From Xanthobacteraceae bacterium (GTDB lineage: Bacteria > Pseudomonadota > Alphaproteobacteria > Rhizobiales > Xanthobacteraceae): a stretch of DNA of 58,151 nt. This document shows positions 56,157 through 58,151 of this stretch, one piece after another. The translations under genes and the position numbers were made by a program. The stretch lies in assembly GCA_036272395.1 (NCBI GenBank), contig DATAYT010000216.1, forward strand, positions 1-58,151, read 5' to 3'. Position 1 is the first letter of the stretch. The number at the start of each line of letters is the position of its first letter. The notes under the pieces were generated by a model, which saw nothing but the letters and a program-made list of their open reading frames with translations, was not told the DNA's origin and searched no databases.

Positions 56157-57175
56157 GCGAAGCCTCCGTCGGCATAGACATCGGTTGTGAGAATGTCGAG
56201 TGCCGGCGGCGCCGCCGCCTTGCACTTCTCGGTGGCCTCGTCGACCCGCCGTTTCGCATGGAGTTCGATGCTGGCGATGATGTCCTCGCTGACGCCGAAT
56301 TGCTTCAAGCGCTCACGATAGATTTTTATCGGATCGCGCTCCTTCCATTTCTCGAGCTCGCCTTCGGGACGGTATTTGGCCGGGTCCGCGCGCGAATGCC
56401 CGCTGTACCGATAGGTGAGGCACTCGATCAGCGAGGGGCCGCCGCCGGCGCGCGCCTTTTCATAGGCCGCCGTGGCGGTGCGGTAGACGATGTCGGCATC
56501 GTTGCCGTCGATCACGATGCGCGGCAGGCCGTAGGCGGCGGCCCGGTCGGCCGCCGGATTCGGCACTGCGGTGACATCGCCGATCGGCGTGTATTCCATG
56601 TAAAGATTGTTCTCGCAGACAAAGATCACCGGCAATTTCCAGACCACCGCGAAATTCAGCGCTTCGTGAAAAGCGCCGATATTGGTCGTGCCGTCGCCGA
56701 AGAAGCAAACCGAAACGTCCTTCTGTCCCTTGTACTGCGCGCGCCACGCCGCCCCGCAGGCGATCGGCAAATGCGCACCGATGATCGCGTAGGAGCCCAT
56801 CACGCCATGATCGACCGAGGTCAGATGCATCGAGCCGCCTTTGCCCCGCATCAATCCGTTGTCGCGCTGCATCAGCTCGCCGAGCACCTTCTCGATCGGG
56901 ACACCGCGGGCCAGCGTGTGGGCGTGACCGCGATAGGTGCAGAACGAAAGGTCGCCGGCTTGCATCGCCGCAGCGCAGCCGGCCGCGACCGCCTCCTGGC
57001 CCAGCGAAAGATGGCTCGTACCCTTCACCAGGTTCTGCAGAAACAGATCGAATGCACGCTGCTCGGCCTCGCGAATTTCGACCTGCATGCGGAACATGCG
57101 CAGCCGCCCTTCCTCGCCGATATCATCGTTGAGGCTCGCATTCGGCGCGAGCGCGCGGTCTTCGGCTTTGGCCAT
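56144..57175 (-). CDS. 2-oxoacid (acetoin/pyruvate) dehydrogenase E1 alpha subunit (TPP-dependent)
   Basis: TPP-binding motif GDGTTNIGAFHEALNFAVVWKLPVIFVCENN. GAGGA SD lies 7 nt before ATG 57175. Confidence 0.93.
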   Translation of the reverse strand: MAKAEDRALAPNASLNDDIGEEGRLRMFRMQVEIREAEQRAFDLFLQNLVKGTSHLSLGQEAVAAGCAAAMQAGDLSFCTYRGHAHTLARGVPIEKVLGELMQRDNGLMRGKGGSMHLTSVDHGVMGSYAIIGAHLPIACGAAWRAQYKGQKDVSVCFFGDGTTNIGAFHEALNFAVVWKLPVIFVCENNLYMEYTPIGDVTAVPNPAADRAAAYGLPRIVIDGNDADIVYRTATAAYEKARAGGGPSLIECLTYRYSGHSRADPAKYRPEGELEKWKERDPIKIYRERLKQFGVSEDIIASIELHAKRRVDEATEKCKAAAPPALDILTTDVYADGGFAWRN

Positions 57176-57330
57176 GAAAGGTCCTCGGGATGCCCTATAG
57201 CGAAGGGGCGGACGCAACTTAGCGCCAGTGGTCAATGTCAGGCAATGCATCGGCACGCCCGGCGCTAGACCCGGCCGGCGCCGCTTGCGGCGGGCTCAAC
57301 GAAGGCCTAATTGAGCCACGGAGGGTTTCG

Positions 57331-57630
57331 ATGACTCAATCCCTGGACTCGCGAACGTCCCAACTCTTCATTCATCGTTTTTTCGGCGGTCCGCCGCTCG
57401 CGGTGATCGGCCGGCTTATCCTGCTGTCGATCCTGGTCGGAGTCATTCTCGCCGCCATCGGGCTTGATCCCTGGAATATCATCGAGTCGGTAGAGCGGCT
57501 CATCGAACATATCTGGAACATGGGATTCGATGCGGTGCGCTGGCTGTGGCGCTATTTCCTGCTGGGCGCGGTGATCGTTCTGCCGATCTGGTTTTTGGCG
57601 CGCCTGGCCAAGGCACCGCGCGGGTTGTAA
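57331..57630 (+). CDS. Conserved small membrane protein (two TM helices)
   Basis: GGAGGG SD lies before ATG 57331. Two hydrophobic helices flank IIESVERLIEHIWNMGFDAVRWLWRYF. Confidence 0.6.
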   Translation: MTQSLDSRTSQLFIHRFFGGPPLAVIGRLILLSILVGVILAAIGLDPWNIIESVERLIEHIWNMGFDAVRWLWRYFLLGAVIVLPIWFLARLAKAPRGL

Positions 57631-57649
57631 GGCGCATATCAAAACAACG

Positions 57650-57671
57650 CGGCCGGGCGAGTGCCCGGCCG
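57650..57671. terminator. GC-rich hairpin between convergent genes (probable bidirectional terminator)
   Basis: CGGCCGGGC-GAGT-GCCCGGCCG, a perfect 9-bp stem. A T-rich run (TTGTTTTGATAT) follows on the minus strand. Confidence 0.55.
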
Positions 57672-57699
57672 GTTACTCTGTCATATCAGCTCGCCGTGC

Positions 57700-58151
57700 T
57701 TATTCGTCGGAATGCGAGCCGGACGGCGATCCGTCGTCATCGCCGCGGACGGAATGATCCATGGAGTGGTCGCGCGGTCCACCGCCACCGCGATGCCGTC
57801 GGCGCCGTCGGTGCAGCGGAAAGCGATCTTGCTGTCCGTCATAGCCGTTCGGGCCGTTTTGCCCTTGCGGCCCGTTGTCGCCGTGCGAAGGCTGCTGTTG
57901 CTGCCGCTGAGCACCGGTGATGAACGATGGCAGGCGGTCGACGTCGCCTTGGTTCTCCGAACCCTGCTGCGGCCGCGGCTGAAAATTCTGCTGATTTTGT
58001 TGTGGCTGATAGTGCTGCTGATTGTGATGTTGCTCGCGCGGATAGTATGGCTGTGGCTCGCGCGGGGCGAACGGCTCGCCGCCGACGTGAGGTTGCTCAC
58101 CATCGCCGTCGTCGTAGCTGTCATCGGCAGCGCGCATCTCGCCGGGTTGCT
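57700..58151 (-). CDS. Gln/Gly/His/Arg-rich low-complexity protein, C-terminal part (open at the right edge; possibly DUF4167-like)
   Basis: The frame stays open to the window end. Composition is QQHYQPQQNQQNFQPRPQQ, with an LPSFITG motif and an RRRRRHRGGGG tract. The family assignment is tentative. Confidence 0.45.
   Translation of the reverse strand, partial: QPGEMRAADDSYDDGDGEQPHVGGEPFAPREPQPYYPREQHHNQQHYQPQQNQQNFQPRPQQGSENQGDVDRLPSFITGAQRQQQQPSHGDNGPQGQNGPNGYDGQQDRFPLHRRRRRHRGGGGPRDHSMDHSVRGDDDGSPSGSHSDE

Overview
High-GC alphaproteobacterial chromosomal segment. Gene content and repeat families suggest Hyphomicrobiales/Rhizobiales, Bradyrhizobiaceae-like. It is densely coded, with about 60 genes. 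Most are housekeeping or catabolic:
- an RND efflux pair
- a Bug-family binding protein, FAD monooxygenase and class II aldolase
- pckA
- the conserved alphaproteobacterial chvI-chvG-hprK-EIIA(Man)-HPr locus
- ahcY
- a GT9/GT39-type envelope glycosyltransferase operon
- lepA
- a peptidoglycan group (L,D-transpeptidase, DUF488, MepA)
- modABC
- a sugar-acid catabolic cluster (IlvD/Edd dehydratase, PEP-mutase-like lyase, GNAT, SDR, epimerase-like dehydrogenase)
- map
- an SBP56 (methanethiol-oxidase family) gene
- a 2-oxoacid (acetoin-type) dehydrogenase E1a/E1b/E2 operon

I saw no rRNA, tRNA, CRISPR array, transposase, integrase or recognisable defence genes.

The stand-out is an AT-rich islet at 8877-9572, just downstream of pckA. 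It carries two tandemly duplicated, rapidly diverged genes for peptides of about 70 aa with double-glycine (microcin/bacteriocin/RiPP-type) leaders. The two share a Shine-Dalgarno and an upstream palindrome. The duplication also copied the last codons of pckA. No exporter, immunity or maturase gene is adjacent.

Other notable points:
- radC is broken by a perfect 20-bp tandem duplication.
- A truncated family-4 uracil-DNA glycosylase remnant is present.
- Three families of REP-like palindromic repeats create spurious ORF extensions.
- There is an unannotated 37-aa lipoprotein gene with a clean terminator.
- A lipocalin-like gene is embedded in the 2-oxoacid dehydrogenase operon.
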